DNA of 64,000 bases from Camelus dromedarius. Lineage: Eukaryota. Numbering within the stretch: the first letter of the stretch is position 1; every line of letters begins with the position of its first letter. The notes under the pieces are model-generated. The model had not been told where the DNA came from, ran no database searches, and saw nothing but the letters and a program-made list of their open reading frames with translations. A program made the position numbers and the translations under genes. This document shows, piece after piece, positions 24,905-38,500 of this stretch. The stretch covers positions 114,516,001 to 114,580,000 of the forward strand of contig NC_087437.1 in assembly GCF_036321535.1 (NCBI RefSeq), written 5' to 3'.

Positions 24905-25899
24905 ACTAAAATTGCAGTTTGTTTAATTGCCCAATCTAAAATAAAAAGCATTTTCTTTGCCTTCCTTTCCAGTTGTATGATAATCACTGTTCTCTGTACC
25001 TATAGGGATTTAAACATACAAACGTGTATTAGTTGGTAAACCATCTCTCAGAAGCGTTTTCTGTACAAATTGTCTATACCGTGAGCTAAATCATGACCCC
25101 TTGTGCAGTAACTGAGTGCCCATTATCTTGGTCTCTCTAAAACAGTTTTATCTTGAGGTCCTACTAAATGTTGATTAATCTTGGAAATCCTCATAACTCA
25201 TTTCTTAATTGTGTGCTTTGGTGACGTACACATCTCAATGCAAATCAACACTTACTGCATCAACCTAAATGTACTTTGAATATAAGTAGCCATGAAACCC
25301 CCATCTGCTATGAAAAAAGAAAATCCTCCCTCAGTGTAAAGTAAATAAAAGTTTGTTCTTAAAGCCAAGATCCTGAACTAAATTTAATTAAACAAGCAGT
25401 TTGCCAAAGATTTGGGAGAAAATGAGAGCCAAGGGAGCAGATAAAGCACAGAGATAATTATAAAACCTAAAATGACTATTAGTTTCTACATGTGTCTTTC
25501 TTGGAAGCATAAAATTCACTAAATACACGGGCATAATACACGTAATAAAGTATTATGAAGCCATTAACAGGAAATAGGTGCTAAGAGGTAAAAATGTCCA
25601 AGGGGTATTAAGCGAAAAGATAAAGTTGCAGAACAAAAATTCAATGATCCTTTACGGGTTTGCTTTTGAACACATTATATATGTTTATAAAACAAGAGGA
25701 TTTAAGGAAGATATTCAAAAATGTGCAAGGGGAAACGGCTTTTACCTTTACTTTGTATTCTCCTATTCTGTGACTTACATATGTATGAGTACATAAGTGC
25801 CATAATATGAATACTATTTATGCGCATACATGTGCGTTTTAACCATACAGTTGTTTTGAAAAACTGTTACTAAAAACTACCAGACAGAAATGAGTAACA

Positions 25900-27020
25900 G
25901 GAACTCCAGGCCCTGCCACTATCCCACTCCAGCACTGGAAGGTTCAACGATCCACCCCAAGTTGGCTGCGCGCGGGTCCCGGGTCCGACAAGCCAGCCTT
26001 GCACGTGGAGCCAGGGTGGCAGCTCGGCTAGCGACACTGACTGCCCTCGCTTCGCAGTCCTCAGACCCCGGAGACACCCTCTGCACCTCCCCGCACCCCC
26101 GCCGCATTCCGGCCGCTGCCGGAGAGGCCTCAGACCCCGCAGGTTACAAACTCCCGGCCTGAAGCTCCTTCGCGTCCCCGGAGCGCCTCCACAGCGGCTT
26201 CTCCGGTCGACATCTGCCAAGTGAACGACTCCCAGATGATGAAGGCCTTAATATAATGCGCAGCATCATGCCAGGACTGGTGGGAGTACGCTATCCGAAC
26301 TCGGTTCACCTTTTCACACCAAAAAATAAAACAGAAGGGGCACAAGCCGCTCCTGTTACCTGGGCAACGGGAGGCCCGCCCCGGAAGTCGCCAGGGCTCA
26401 GGGAGGCACAGCTCCAAGACGGCGGCGTCAGTAGGTGGGCTCAGGTCACGTGGAGACGCAAGCCAGCACGCTGGTTTTTCGCAAGTTAAAGAAGTGCACC
26501 CAAGCAGCAGAGGGACAGGCTGAGCTCCGTCAGGCCCGCCTCGAGTCCCCTCTGACCCACGTCCTCAGTCGCCAGGCGGAGCTGTCGCTCTGCAGCGGGC
26601 CTCTGTCCCACCCCCCCGCCACAATCCCAGCCCCGCAACACCCACACACCGGCGTGCGCATGCGCACTGTTTTCCGGAGCCGCCAAAGTGAGCCGAGGTC
26701 TGGCTACCCCCAACCGCGGAGCTGAGGGTTAAAAAAAAAAAAACAGTGGCCTGTGTAAAGATAATCTGCGCTCTAAAAAGTGGACCTACGGAGTCTTTCC
26801 TACCGTAGTTCCAGGCTAGGAACCGCCAAGTGCACGCGTCCCAGGCCTGACCCCAAGGGCAGACCCCACCCCGCCCAACTTCCGCCTCGCCCTCTGGCCT
26901 AGCAAGCCTGGGCCATTCCCCGCTTCTTGGCTGACTTTGCCTCGGCCCTCTGCCCTCGCCTCTCCTCGGGGCGGGGCTCGGCCTCGCCCAATTGCTGGGC
27001 AGCCCAGCCCCACTTAACCC
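25900..27020 (-). promoter_or_regulatory. SETD4: SETD4 CpG-island promoter and probable non-coding exon 1 (candidate donor CAG|GTAAC at 26361/26360)
   Basis: CpG-dense. Perfect NRF1 palindrome TGCGCATGCGCA at 26655-26666, ETS CCGGAAGT at 26381-26388, E-box GTCACGTG at 26445-26452, GC box and CCAAT near 26970-26992. Confidence 0.75.
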
Positions 27021-27337
27021 TGCTGGCCCTCTTGCCCTAGCTGTCAGAGGATCAGCTTTACAGGAGAATTCCAATCGGCTATGATTCAACTCCTCCCTGC
27101 AGGAGGTTGGTTTCTGCTCCCTCCTACCCCCACCCCCACCCCACCTTGATTATTGACTTACTTCCAAAAGAGCCCAGTGGAAAAGTACCTTTACAGTGTA
27201 GAAATATGGCAAACACTGCCTTGACCAAGTGGTTAGAACATAATCAGTGATGAGTCATGGTGATAGCATGTTCCCCAGATACAGAAAGGGTACTTCACCT
27301 CTGTGGTATTACTCTCCAAAATCCACAATCCCACTTG

Positions 27338-27898
27338 TGTAACAGAGAACTAACCTGACTCCAAATTGGAGCTACACTTTTCACTCTAATTTTTTTGCTC
27401 TGTTGCCTGTGCTTAGTCATGCTGACTCTACACCTTTGTGTCATTAAACAGTAAACAAATGTTATCTATAGCCTGAGATATACCTAACAGCCTTTTCTCA
27501 AGGCTCTGCCTCCCAGGCTTGAACTTTAAAGGCATAGCACTTTTCATTCATATAGAGATAAAAAGTTACAGAACAGAAAATAACATTTGTCTTGTTGAAG
27601 GTATACAGGAGCATCATGACCAGGACTATGTGGAGAGCTGCAAGAACAAAGGATTAACACATCTCCCCCGGAGTGTGTTCCTACCAAGAGGTCTGCAACA
27701 ACCAGCCACACCCCCTCCCCTTTTAGTATAAAAGCAGCCTGAATTCTAACTCGAGTGAAATGGTTCTCTAGTATACTAATCCACCATCCTCTCGGTATGC
27801 TGATTTTCCAAATAGTTGCTATTGTTTGCCCCAACACTTAGTCTCGCAATTTATTAGCCTGTTGTGTGGCTAGCAGTACGAGCTTGGACTCAGTAACA
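27338..27898 (+). mobile_element. ERV1-type solo LTR
   Basis: TGTAACA...GTAACA termini and TATAAAA at about 27728. Confidence 0.65.
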
Positions 27899-27944
27899 GT
27901 TCTTCCTGGAAAATAACATCAGACAAACCCAAAAGCACCTAACC

Positions 27945-28432
27945 AGTCCAGCCAGCCCTTGTCTGTGGATTCAACCAATTGCAGATCCAAAATATTAGGG
28001 AAAAAAAAAAACTCCAGGAAGTTCCAAAAAGCAAGACTTGAACTTGCTGTGCACCTGCAACTGCTTATATAGCATTTACGTTGTATTAGAAATTATATAA
28101 GTAATCTATATACTGTATAGCACAGGGAAATATATACAGGATCTTGTGGTGGCTCATGGTGAAAAAGAATATGACATGAATATATATATATGTTCACGTG
28201 TAACTGAAAAATTGTGCTCTACGCTGGAAATTGACACAACATTGTAAACTGACTATAATTCAGTAAAATAAAATTTTAAAAATAAAAATTATATAAGTAA
28301 TCTAGAGATAACAAAGTATTTGGGAGAATGTGCCTAGATTATATGGAAATACTAGACCATTTTATATGAGGGATTTGAGCATCCTAGGATATTGGTATCC
28401 AAGGGGGCATCCTGAATACCAAGGGACAACCG
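27945..28432. mobile_element. MER2-like Tigger element interrupted by an L1 3' fragment at 28109-28285
   Basis: MER2-like ends. The L1 piece is flanked by a 19-bp TSD AAATTATATAAGTAATCTA (28090-28108, 28286-28304). Confidence 0.7.
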
Positions 28433-28666
28433 TACTCATAAAAGCTGTCAAAGGTCATGAAAAACAAGTAAACACTGAGAATCTGTCATAAAGCAGAGGA
28501 AACGAAGGAGACATGACAGTTAAATGTAATGTGATATTCTGGAGGGAATCTGGAAATAGAAAAGGGATATTAGAGGGAAAACTAACGAAATCCAAATAAA
28601 GTTGGAGTTCAGTTCACGCTACTGTTCCAATGTTGTTTCTTAGTCATAACAAATGTACCATCATAG

Positions 28667-29252
28667 TGTTACCAAACTGAACTTGGGTCTGCTCATCCCC
28701 AGCAAAGCCAATTTAGTGAGCCCGGGTTGTGGTGAAAGAAATTATACCATTTATTGCAGGGCCCAGCAAGGAGTATGGACAGCTCATGCTCAAAAGACTG
28801 AACTCCTCAATGGTTTTCAAGGGAGCACTTTTAAAGGCAACATTTGTGGTGAGGGCTGCAGAATTCATGTCATTCTTCTGATTGGCTGCTGATGCTTTGG
28901 AAATCTCAATCATCAGCCTTCTTGTTCCAACCAGCCTGCTGTCTAGTGCTTGTGCTCAGCCTGTAGGGGTGGTGAGTGGGTGTCTTAGTTTCTGAAGAAC
29001 AACTGAAAGATGTCTGTCAGATTCTTACCTTTGAGGAGGAACTGGGACTCTGTTTTATCAATGAACTATTCTCACTTTCTCCTTTGTTTTTTCTTTATTT
29101 CTGCATTCCCTAACTTCCCTAATTAGTAACTATCTGCTCTTTGGAACTCAGGAAGACCTAGGAGACTAAAGCCTTTTTCTACAAACAAGAAATGAGGGAC
29201 ACAGAGGAGCTTTTTTACCTGGGAGGGCCCCACAGGGTCCTGCTCAGTTTCA
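28667..29252 (-). mobile_element. ERV1-type solo LTR
   Basis: TG...CA termini and a 4-bp TSD ATAG (28663-28666, 29253-29256). Confidence 0.85.
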
Positions 29253-29648
29253 ATAGTAAGATGTTGATAACAGAGGGAATTTGATGTGGGGTATTTGGTA
29301 AATCTCTATACAACATTTGCAACTTTTCAGTAAATCTATTCTAAAATTTAAAGTTTATTGGGAAAAAGGGGGGGGGCTGGAAATAGATGGTCCCAGATTT
29401 GGACCCAAGATTCACTAATGTCATTAAAAATCAAAGCTGTTCCTGATTTTCCACAGTACCATCCTCAGAGAGTCAGCAATTCACCACTTAGTTTGTTTCC
29501 TCATGATCTCAAGATAGCTGCTGCAGCTCCAGGCATCACATTCTCACACAAGTACATTTAAGACAGGAAGAAAAGGGGCCAATGAAACAACCATTTTCCT
29601 TTTATGAGAGAGAAAAATAATGTATACTCCCATTTTCCAGATGGGAAT

Positions 29649-30312
29649 TGGCAAAGATTCTCTTCTTGACCAAACTCTAGCTAGGCTCTTCTAAGCCTTC
29701 TTTCTTCTTGAGTAGAACTCAGCCTGGGCCCATAAAATCTACTGACGGAGCACAACTGACTTCATCCACTCCCCTCCCCCTACATTAAAAGATGTGAACA
29801 TTAACATAGTTTCTACAAGCTCAGTGCTGCTTGCCTAGGATGAACTCAGCCCCCTTAATGAGCTCCAGGCTGCCAGAAGAATTTACTATTTGTTCTAGCC
29901 AACAGCTAACAATAGGTCCTTTACCACCCTGTCGTAGAGCATTTACTAAACAGGACTTAAAATCTGTGAATTCTTCCTCTGTCCATTTGAGATATAGCTA
30001 TATCTCCTACAACTCAGGACCTGAAAGCCATTCCTTTGAAATGAAATTAGAAAGGATAGGGCCTCTGTGTCCCAGATTCTGTGGAGCCCTGATGGGCATT
30101 TACACTTACCAGCCCTTTGTAATTTTCCCCTGACTCTACTCAAGCCCCTATATCCCCCTCCACTCCTTCAATCTCCCTTTAAAACATCCAGTCACCTCTG
30201 TAAAAACCAACTTGAGATCAATTCAAGCTGGAACCCCTTCCCTACTACAATAATACAGTACTGATTAAAATCTGTCCTTACCACTTTAACTAGTTTCTGA
30301 CTTTGTTTGATA
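29649..30312 (+). mobile_element. LTR-like element (ERV1/MER4-group-like)
   Basis: TG start, ATTAAA near the 3' end, near-matching flanks ggaat/ggatt. Confidence 0.55.
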
Positions 30313-30640
30313 GGATTAAATAAATTGCTTGGAGTTAGAGATCTACGGAGCAGCTCAGCCACAATTTGATTCTGGGACTCAAAGTCCATGCTCTTACCCT
30401 TTAGGAAGACTTATTAAACAACCTAAACAAACATAAAGTATAAGAAAAGCCAGGGTCAAGTAGAGTTCTTTAAGGTTAAATAGCCAACGGCAAAGGAAAT
30501 TATAGGCGCCATGGAACTGTGTACCTTAGGACAAGTGTAATAACTGCTTCAAAACCAGTAGGTAGTAAACATGTGCGTTTATTCCACAAATTAATAGATG
30601 TGATAAAATTCTCCAATGATGAAATAAAATTCATATTTTA

Positions 30641-31027
30641 TGGCAAGATGAGAAAAATTTAAACATAAAATTTTTCTCTGCCCATTTGGCCTCCTCCTTT
30701 TCCTTCAGTGTGTATCTTGCACCTGCATTAACCAGACCTCCTTAGGAGATAATATTCCTTCTTAATCTTTCAAGGGGCCACGATAACCCATAATCCTCTA
30801 CTCCCTTTGTAGATCTGGGTTTTGAAAACTGTCAATAATACATCATTTAACGTACAGCCCTCTGCCTCAAAAACTTATGTAACTGTTTGGACTTCTAATG
30901 GGCAGAACAGTTCTCAGAGCTTTCTGAGACACTATTCTCAGGTTCAGATCTCAGTTTGACTGGAATAAAATTTTCCATTTCTTTCTTAGATCGACTATTA
31001 GACTTTCTTAGTTTGACATCATTGACA
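30641..31027 (+). mobile_element. LTR-like element
   Basis: cagagctttctgagac motif shared with the neighbouring LTRs, AATAAA, ends in TTGACA. Boundaries approximate. Confidence 0.5.
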
Positions 31028-31643
31028 CCATATGGCAGACAGGATGATCTCAGACTTAACTCTGACAACTAAGAAGTATCTAAGTTAGCCATTAGCAGTG
31101 ATAACAATGATCTGGGATTTCCGTCTTTAATCTTTTGTTTCATTTCTCAAATTGTTCAGAGCCCAGACAAGGGGCTTTGTATGGGAGGAGTAAGGGGCTC
31201 AAACACACCACCAGGATCAAGACTCAAATTTGACAGATGGGAAAAAAAATAATAAAAAATCATCCAAGGAGACCTTACTTCACTGGCCTTAAATTAGCAT
31301 GTTTTTCAAAAAGTTTTCCATAGTGAAATCTGTCAGTTCTTTCTTTTGTGATTCTTCTCCTGTTCTTATGCATACAGAGTCATTTTCCCATACTGAAAAA
31401 TATAAATTTTACTTACATTTCCCTATACTTGTTTTATGGTTTCACTTATAAAATGATAAATTTTGAAAATGAGAAATCACCTTCTGTCTCTCTTTAGAAT
31501 TTAATTGGCATATATTTTAAGGTGAGTATCTTCTTTTGTTTTCCTTTCCAATCATTACTCTCTTTCCCCAGTACTGTTTCTGCGGAAGTTCTTTCTTTCC
31601 TCCTTTAACTGTTAGTGCCGCTTTGATCATGCCAACTAAAAAC

Positions 31644-32121
31644 TGTCACTTGTCATCTTGCTGTGGAAGAATGAAGTCACTAACCACTGCAGTCACTCAC
31701 CTTCAACATATACGGAAAGGAGTTCAGGGTGGAGATCAGGAATGACGTGTTCTGTGCTCTGGGGAAAAAATAGCAGCGTAGGCCTCCAGATAGTTAGATA
31801 ATAGGAGAGGATTTTATAAGCCAAATTTCTTGCAGTATCTCGTACCTAGAAAAGCACTAAAATCCTTAATGGAAATATCTCCTCCTTGTGACTGGCAGCA
31901 ACCTTCTTATGACCGGCAGCCACTTTCTGCCAAAAAGTGTGCTTGGTTGCACGTAACCCCCTTCACCCAAATCACATATATACTGACCTCCCCACTTACC
32001 TCTTCGGAGTAGTTCTTCAGAGCTATCTGAGAGGCTGTCTTTTGGGCTATAGTCCTCATTTTTACCCAAATAAAACGTAACTCACAGCACTCAACTTGTG
32101 TGGTTTTTTTTTCAGTTGACA
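31644..32121 (+). mobile_element. ERV-type LTR
   Basis: Similar to 33265-33731. AATAAA, ends TCAGTTGACA. Confidence 0.65.
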
Positions 32122-32767
32122 ATCATATACTCCATTCTTATTACTGCATTATATTTAACATACTGCATTTTCTGGAGCATTCTGCCCCATTGATCTGTCA
32201 ATCCCTGTGTTGGTACCAGTGCTAAAATGATAGATAAATCAGGCTGAAAATCAGGATTCATGACCCTCTTAAAATTTGCCATTTGAAACAGCAGGCCCCT
32301 CACCTTGCGCAAAATTCCCTGCACACCATGTGCTATCGCTCAGTGCTTCTGTTAAGGAACTTAATACACCCCGCTTCCTTCTGACACTGACTCACCCCAG
32401 CTATGGAAGAAAGAAGCTAGTGATGGGGAAAGAACAGCAAGTGACAGAACCACAACACATTTGGATCAGGGAACAAATCCTAAACAAAGCTCTTCATTAT
32501 CCTGAGTGAAAAAAAAAAAATTCCACAAGTTTACATAACGTACCACAAGATCTATGTAACATTTTTGAAACAAAAAATTTTAGAAATGGAGAACAGATTA
32601 GTGGTTCCCAGGGGATTGGATTGGGAGGAATGGGGAACAAGAGAGAGGTATCGCTGGTTATGAATGAACAACAGGAAGGATCATTGTGCTGATGGAAATG
32701 TTTTCAATCTTCTTGAGAAACAAGTCTCCATAGGTGATAAAATGATACAGCTACACTCACGTGCGTG

Positions 32768-32787
32768 CACACACACACACACACACA
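32768..32787. repeat. (CA)n microsatellite
   Basis: About 10 CA units. Confidence 0.8.
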
Positions 32788-33264
32788 AGTGAAACTGAGG
32801 AAACATTAATATGTTTGGTGAATTGTTTTATGTAAATTTCCTGGCTAAGCCATCATACTGTAGCTTTGCAAAATACTATTTGTGAGGAAAACTGGGTGAA
32901 GTTAAGGAATCTCTGTGTTATTTCTTACTGCATGTGAATCTACATTTATCTCAATACAATTTTAAGTCAAAAAAAGCAAAGATCTTTCCCTGATTCTTAG
33001 TTTTGTGTTTTGCAACTAATTGGAAAACTGCCTTCAAATTGCAACATAATTGGAAAGAATCTAAGGCATGGCTGGTTCAACAGAACTTTCTGCTCTGATG
33101 GAAAGAAATATCATACAGGCACCTGCATTGTTCAATACAGCAGTCACTAACACATGGGACCATTTAGCACTTGAAATGTGGCTAGTGCAACTAAAGAACT
33201 GAATTTTAAATTGTATTATTTTGATTAAATTTACATTTGAATGGCCACTTGTGGCTACCAGAAG

Positions 33265-33731
33265 TGTGTGGACAGTCACCTGCCATTTCAGGAAACAAAG
33301 GATGTTGGGGCCATCAAGATATCAGCCTCAGCAGTTGCCCCCAAAGGTGCACCCTGAGGGGATTCAGGAGGGTGAAAAACAGGATACTGGCCCTAGGTAG
33401 TTATGCTGCATATCAAAGGAATAATTTCAATGAGCACAAACTCCTGCATCTTCCCATACATTGAAAAGCACTAAATTCATTAACTTCGGATGTCTGCTTT
33501 TCTTTAATTAACAGTAATCTTTTGAAGTTCGAACTACCTGGGGTGTTTGGCTTTTTCAAAAAAAATAAAAATAAAAATAAAACTCCTATATATCCTGGGT
33601 CTTCCCTTACCTCTTCAAAACAGTCCCTTAGGGCTTTCTGAAAGGCTGTATCCAAAGCTTAAGTCCTCATTAAGTCCCCCAGATAAAACGTAATTCCCAA
33701 CTTTTAGGTTGTACATATTTTTTCAGTCAAA
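33265..33731 (+). mobile_element. ERV-type LTR about 0.9 kb upstream of the CBR1 ATG
   Basis: TATATA box at about 33588, homologous to 31644-32121 and 59241-59553. Confidence 0.7.
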
Positions 33732-34329
33732 AAGAGACGGCACCAAAATGAAAATAATCTCATAGGCCTCTAATTCTTCAGTTTAAGTAGTATACAGTAA
33801 GGAAGGAAATTAAGTTCTCGCCACTGAACTAATTTATGAACTTTCTGAGGATCCATTTCCTCACTTTAAAATGGGCAGAATCAGATGCATTCTGGTAAGC
33901 TGTTCCAAGCCTGAGAAAGGACCACTTCCCCCCTGCACACTGGGGGACCTGGATACAGGTAATGTGACGACTCTGCAAGCGTCTAGGGAGGTAACCCTGC
34001 GATGGTTAGTAACCACTCTCCACCAACACGTGAAAATGCGCGGAGGATAAGCCAGTGGTTTTGCTGTCACATACTAACGGGAGAAATCAACACACATTTG
34101 ATCTCTTCTCATGTTCTCAGCTTATTCCACAACTCTAGGTTCCAAAAATTTCAGTTCGACTTACATTTTTTTAAACACCAGTAAAAAAAAGTCCGTAAAA
34201 ATTAACATTTCCTCAAGCGCAGGTGGGATTAGATAAATAGTTGGGTGAATACGAGGAAACCCTCTTAGAGAACAGAGGATAAGGGTTCTGTTTAAACACA
34301 CTCAACAAGGCCAATGAGAATGAGTCTCT

Positions 34330-34601
34330 GCTGCCAGGCGGGCAGGCGCCCTCAGCGCCTCTTCAGCGGGACTGACGGGCTCACTTCAAAGGTCTCCAGA
34401 AGCTCTCCGCTCCCCTGGGAGGTCCCCCGGAGCCCTGGCCTGAAGGGGCGGGGCTGCGCCTGAGCCTGCGCCTGCGTACTTAAGCCAGGAGGCTCCGCCG
34501 CTGGGTCCAGCCAGGGCACGCTCGGGAGCTGCCGCGCGGTTGGGGAGAAATCAACCCGGTCCGCTCTGCGAGCGGCTGCACCGCTCGTCCTGTACCTGAC
34601 T
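34330..34601 (+). promoter_or_regulatory. CBR1: CBR1 CpG-island promoter / 5'UTR
   Basis: CpG-rich stretch running into exon 1. GC box GGGGCGGGGC at 34445-34454 followed by TGCGCC repeats. Confidence 0.7.
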
Positions 34602-34890
34602 ATGTCGTCGACCACCCGCGTGGCACTCGTGACCGGGGCCAACAAGGGCATCGGCTTCGCCATCGTGCGCGACCTGTGCCGAAATTTCTCGGGGGACGTG
34701 GTGCTCACGGCCCGGGATGTGGCGCGTGGCCAGGCGGCGGTGCAGCAGCTGCAGGCCGAGGGCCTGAGCCCGCGCTTCCACCAGCTGGACATCGACGACC
34801 TGCAGAGCATCCGCGCCCTGCGCGACTTCCTGCGCAACGAGTATGGGGGGCTCGACGTGCTGGTCAACAACGCGGGCATGGCCTTCAAAA
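34602..34890 (+). CDS. CBR1: Carbonyl reductase [NADPH] 1, exon 1
   Basis: MSSTTRVALVTGANKGIGFAIVRDLC...VLVNNAGMAFK with SDR TGxxxGxG and NNAG motifs. 289 nt, GTAAG donor at 34891. Confidence 0.96.
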
Positions 34891-35470
34891 GTAAGGGACT
34901 GGGAGCTCACAGGCAAGGCGGTCAGCCCCGAGCATCTCCCTCCAGGAGATCTGTCCAGATCTGTAGGGGAATCGCTGCGGTGGGGCTTCTTCCGCCTGCC
35001 CGGTCCAGAATGACAACCTAGGGAGGGAGATGGGAGAAGGGGTGCAGCTAGAGCAAAAGCTGCGGGGAATTAAACGCTTTCTAGACAGAGGGAACTTTAT
35101 GTTTCTTAGGCTCTGAATCCTGGGGACCTTTGCCAGCTTGTCCCACAGCTTCTTTCTGATTGGACTTTAGGGCAGTTGGATGAATTTTTAATGCATTTTC
35201 AAATAAACAAGAAAATTGCAAAAGCTGGTTTGCAAAATTGTAAAAAGAGATCCCATGTGCGCACTTTTTGCACAGCCTCCCCCAGGGCATCACCTTACAA
35301 AACTGCAGTATCAAACCCAGAAATTCACATTGGCACAATGCTATTAACTAGCATTCACAATTCAATACGACAAAATTCAATAGATTTCACATGCAGTATT
35401 TTTTTATATGATTCTATGGAATGTTACCCCATGGCTAACCATTCACTCTATTTTCCTTCTCTACTGAAAG

Positions 35471-35578
35471 CTGCTGATACCACACCGTTTCATATTCAAG
35501 CAGAAGTGACCATGAAAACAAACTTCTTTGGTACCCGAGATGTGTGCACGGAGCTTCTGCCTCTAATAAAACCCCAAG
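35471..35578 (+). CDS. CBR1: Carbonyl reductase 1, exon 2 (ADTTPFHIQAEVTMKTNFFGTRDVCTELLPLIKPQ)
   Basis: 108 nt, AG acceptor, GTAAG donor. Confidence 0.96.
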
Positions 35579-38500
35579 GTAAGTCTGACTGGAGCCCAAG
35601 CTGCAGTGTTTCCGACCTCCAGTTTCATCTGCTGCTCCCCCACCCCATCTCTCATACTCATCTACACTGGCCTCTGTGCTGTGTCTCCACCTGGCCAGGT
35701 GCCCATCTGGTGGCCTCAGGTCCCTTCACACACTTGTCCAGGTCATTGGGGTTCTCTGTCCTGCTGGTTTTGTCCAGCTGGCCCTTTTATCTCTTCCAGG
35801 TCTTAAAGATCTCCTCCGGGAGCCCCTTTTCTTGCTCTCTGCCCATCACAGGGGGAATTCCCTTAGAATCCCATCCCAGACCATCTCTCCCCGCTCCCCC
35901 TCTCAGTGATCTTACTCAGGCTAGTGGAGCCTATGTTACCACCACTCATGAGGCCCCCTTAAAATCTGTCACTTGCCTACAACATTCCCAGAGCTCCAGA
36001 CATACAATTTGTCTTCCTGCCTGTCCATCTTCTCCTCATTCTCACCCTTCCTCCCTTGAATCCCCCCATCGACAACAGAAATTTCCAAAGACTCTCATCC
36101 TTTCCCCAAATCATCTTGGCCACTGACCCCATCATCCACCCACCAGGATCCTGGGGGCCACCATGCCTGCCCCCAGCTGTCATTTACCAGGTCTTAAGAG
36201 TTGTCCTACTGAGTTTCTCCTCCATCCCAGCTCTAAAACACGCCCGCAGCTGTCATTTCCAGACAGTTGTAAACACTCCCATGAACACCCCCCCACCCCC
36301 GCAATGAGTCATTTTCTTTCTGCGCATCCTCTATATACTGTGCGCTCACTCCCTGCCCAGAAATCGTTCAGGAGCGAAACCCAAGCCCTCAGCATGGCTT
36401 GTAGGGATCTCTGATATCTGACCTGCCTAACTCCAGGTACATTTAGCTGCACTTCAATATGTTCAACGTTCCAGACAAAACAAATGCTCATACTCCTTTC
36501 GTTTAGACTACTGTGATACTTACCCCAAGGTAATGGGCCAGAGGGGAACCACCACTTTTAGAAAAGTTAAGGAGTGTGGCTTGAAATTGAGTGCATGCAT
36601 TTACAGTTTACAGTCAGCTTCTGCCCTCCTTTCCCCATCCTGTCCTCCTGGGAAGTTGTACTCCTTCTAAGACTTGGGTCACTGGGGCCTCAAGTCAGCT
36701 CTTTAGAAGGTCACCTTATCCCTCCCCTCGTCCCAACACTTGGGGGCAGCAGTGAGTTCCCGGTGTCACCACTGCACCTGCTGGTCCTCTTGGACCTCCT
36801 ACTGATGACTTGACACTGACCATTTCTCCGACTTAGCGGGGCCATTTCTTGCTGTGTCTGGACTTTGTCCAGGAGGAGGAATGGGTGCTCTCGGATTTGC
36901 TGAGGCAGCCTCTGTTTAACAGTTTATCTTGCCTCATGAAAGCCAGAGTTATTGGAAATTTAAATACATGCTATACATATAGTAAGAGCACAAGGTTTAT
37001 TTACCTTTTGAAATAGGAGACTTCTTCTATTTTGTTGGGGAAAAAGCCACAAGAATTCATCTTATCCTGACTTAATCTAGCGTGTGATTCTGTTCTGAGT
37101 AGTCAGACCAGAAGGGTCAAAATCTTACCCAGCTGTGGGGAGCGGGCTCCACGTGCTGCTCTAATCCTTGGGGACGTGGTCGGTGGGAGGGACTGGCGTG
37201 GTGCACATTGGAAGATGAAGCAGCCACATCCAGGAGTTTATTGCCTCCAGAGAACTTTGGATCTGCTGATCAAGCTTCCGTAATACGAGTTCCTGTTTTC
37301 GCACTGACTCTAGACTTCCTGAGATAGACTGCTTAATACAGAATGAAAAAGAGGCTGTCATTTGGTCAGTGATTATAAGCAACCTAGAAGAAGTTAATAG
37401 CGTTTCCCTATCGACTGCCCAGGTGCAAGACACAGGAACACATGTCAAGGCCCTTTTACTAGCATAGCTGCGTTTCCTGTGTACCCGTTAACCATTCTGA
37501 CTTCCTCTCCTGCAGCTTTCTTCTTTCTGTTTTGCCTCTCCAAATTTTGCGTTTTGGAGTCATGAGATATGTCATTTTTGTTATGAGAGAGGCTGATCAT
37601 AATTTTGAGAGTGAAATTAAGTAGCCTATTTATAGAGGCTCTGAATGGTGCTCACTGCAGCATTCTGACAAACTGGTTCCATTCTGTCTTAAGGACAATG
37701 GCATGTCTATGAGTTTCCTAGTTGCTTCTTACTCCTTACATCTTCCAGGTTAGACGAAGGACATGGAATAATTGACCCCTTTCTAACGTGTCCATCTTAG
37801 AAGAATGCCTGGAAGATAATAAGACAGTTTCTCTAAATCACTTCATTCCGGAGGATCACTGAGTAGCAGTCCGAGAGCCATTTACTATCTGTTGATATTT
37901 CCTGAACTCCCAAACCTTTAGTAGGATGGAAATCAGTGAGCCACGCAATTTCTGTTGGCACCTCTTTTCCCCATGCGTGGGTCACAGGTTCACATTTTCG
38001 CCCGTGCCTGGCATTTTTGGTTGGAAACTGGACAATGCAGGATTTTATAGCTACTCCTGCTATTAGACATTCCCTCCCTCAGGCTTGTGAGTGTTCATTG
38101 CTATTGTTCAGTCAGTGGCTGGATTACTTTTTGCAGTCAAGTCTCCACCCGCCTCCGCTTGCAGTGGGTGAAGCCTCTGATGTCGCATCTCAGAAGATAC
38201 AGCCTGGCTCAGACCCGCAGTCACCCCGGATGACAGTGGGGTTAGCAGGGCTCTCTTCTGCTGTCGCTTTCCTGGACCACACCCAGAGCTCGTAAGCTCC
38301 ACTGTTCGCTGGCTGATCGCCCTACTGTTTTGAACAGTACACACCAGAAACCGCTCCTCAGATTGATCCTGACCCAATTAAATTCAGGCTCTTTTGAAAG
38401 GGTAGTTTCTGTGGTCTGTGTTTGAGATCAGTTCTCAACCTAGGAGGGCTCTCATCAGTATCTCTCTCTAATTTACTGTGGCCAACCTGCTGACTCATGT

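Noticed and set aside
34352..34888. 178-aa minus-strand ORF (also 39457..39876 and 46320..46709)
   Set aside because: These are antisense shadows of CBR1 exons. The codon usage of GC-rich SDR genes often leaves the opposite strand open.
35176..36126. 316-aa ORF, the longest in the window
   Set aside because: Only 35471-35578 is CBR1 exon 2. The rest is pyrimidine-rich intron read in frame with no recognisable protein.
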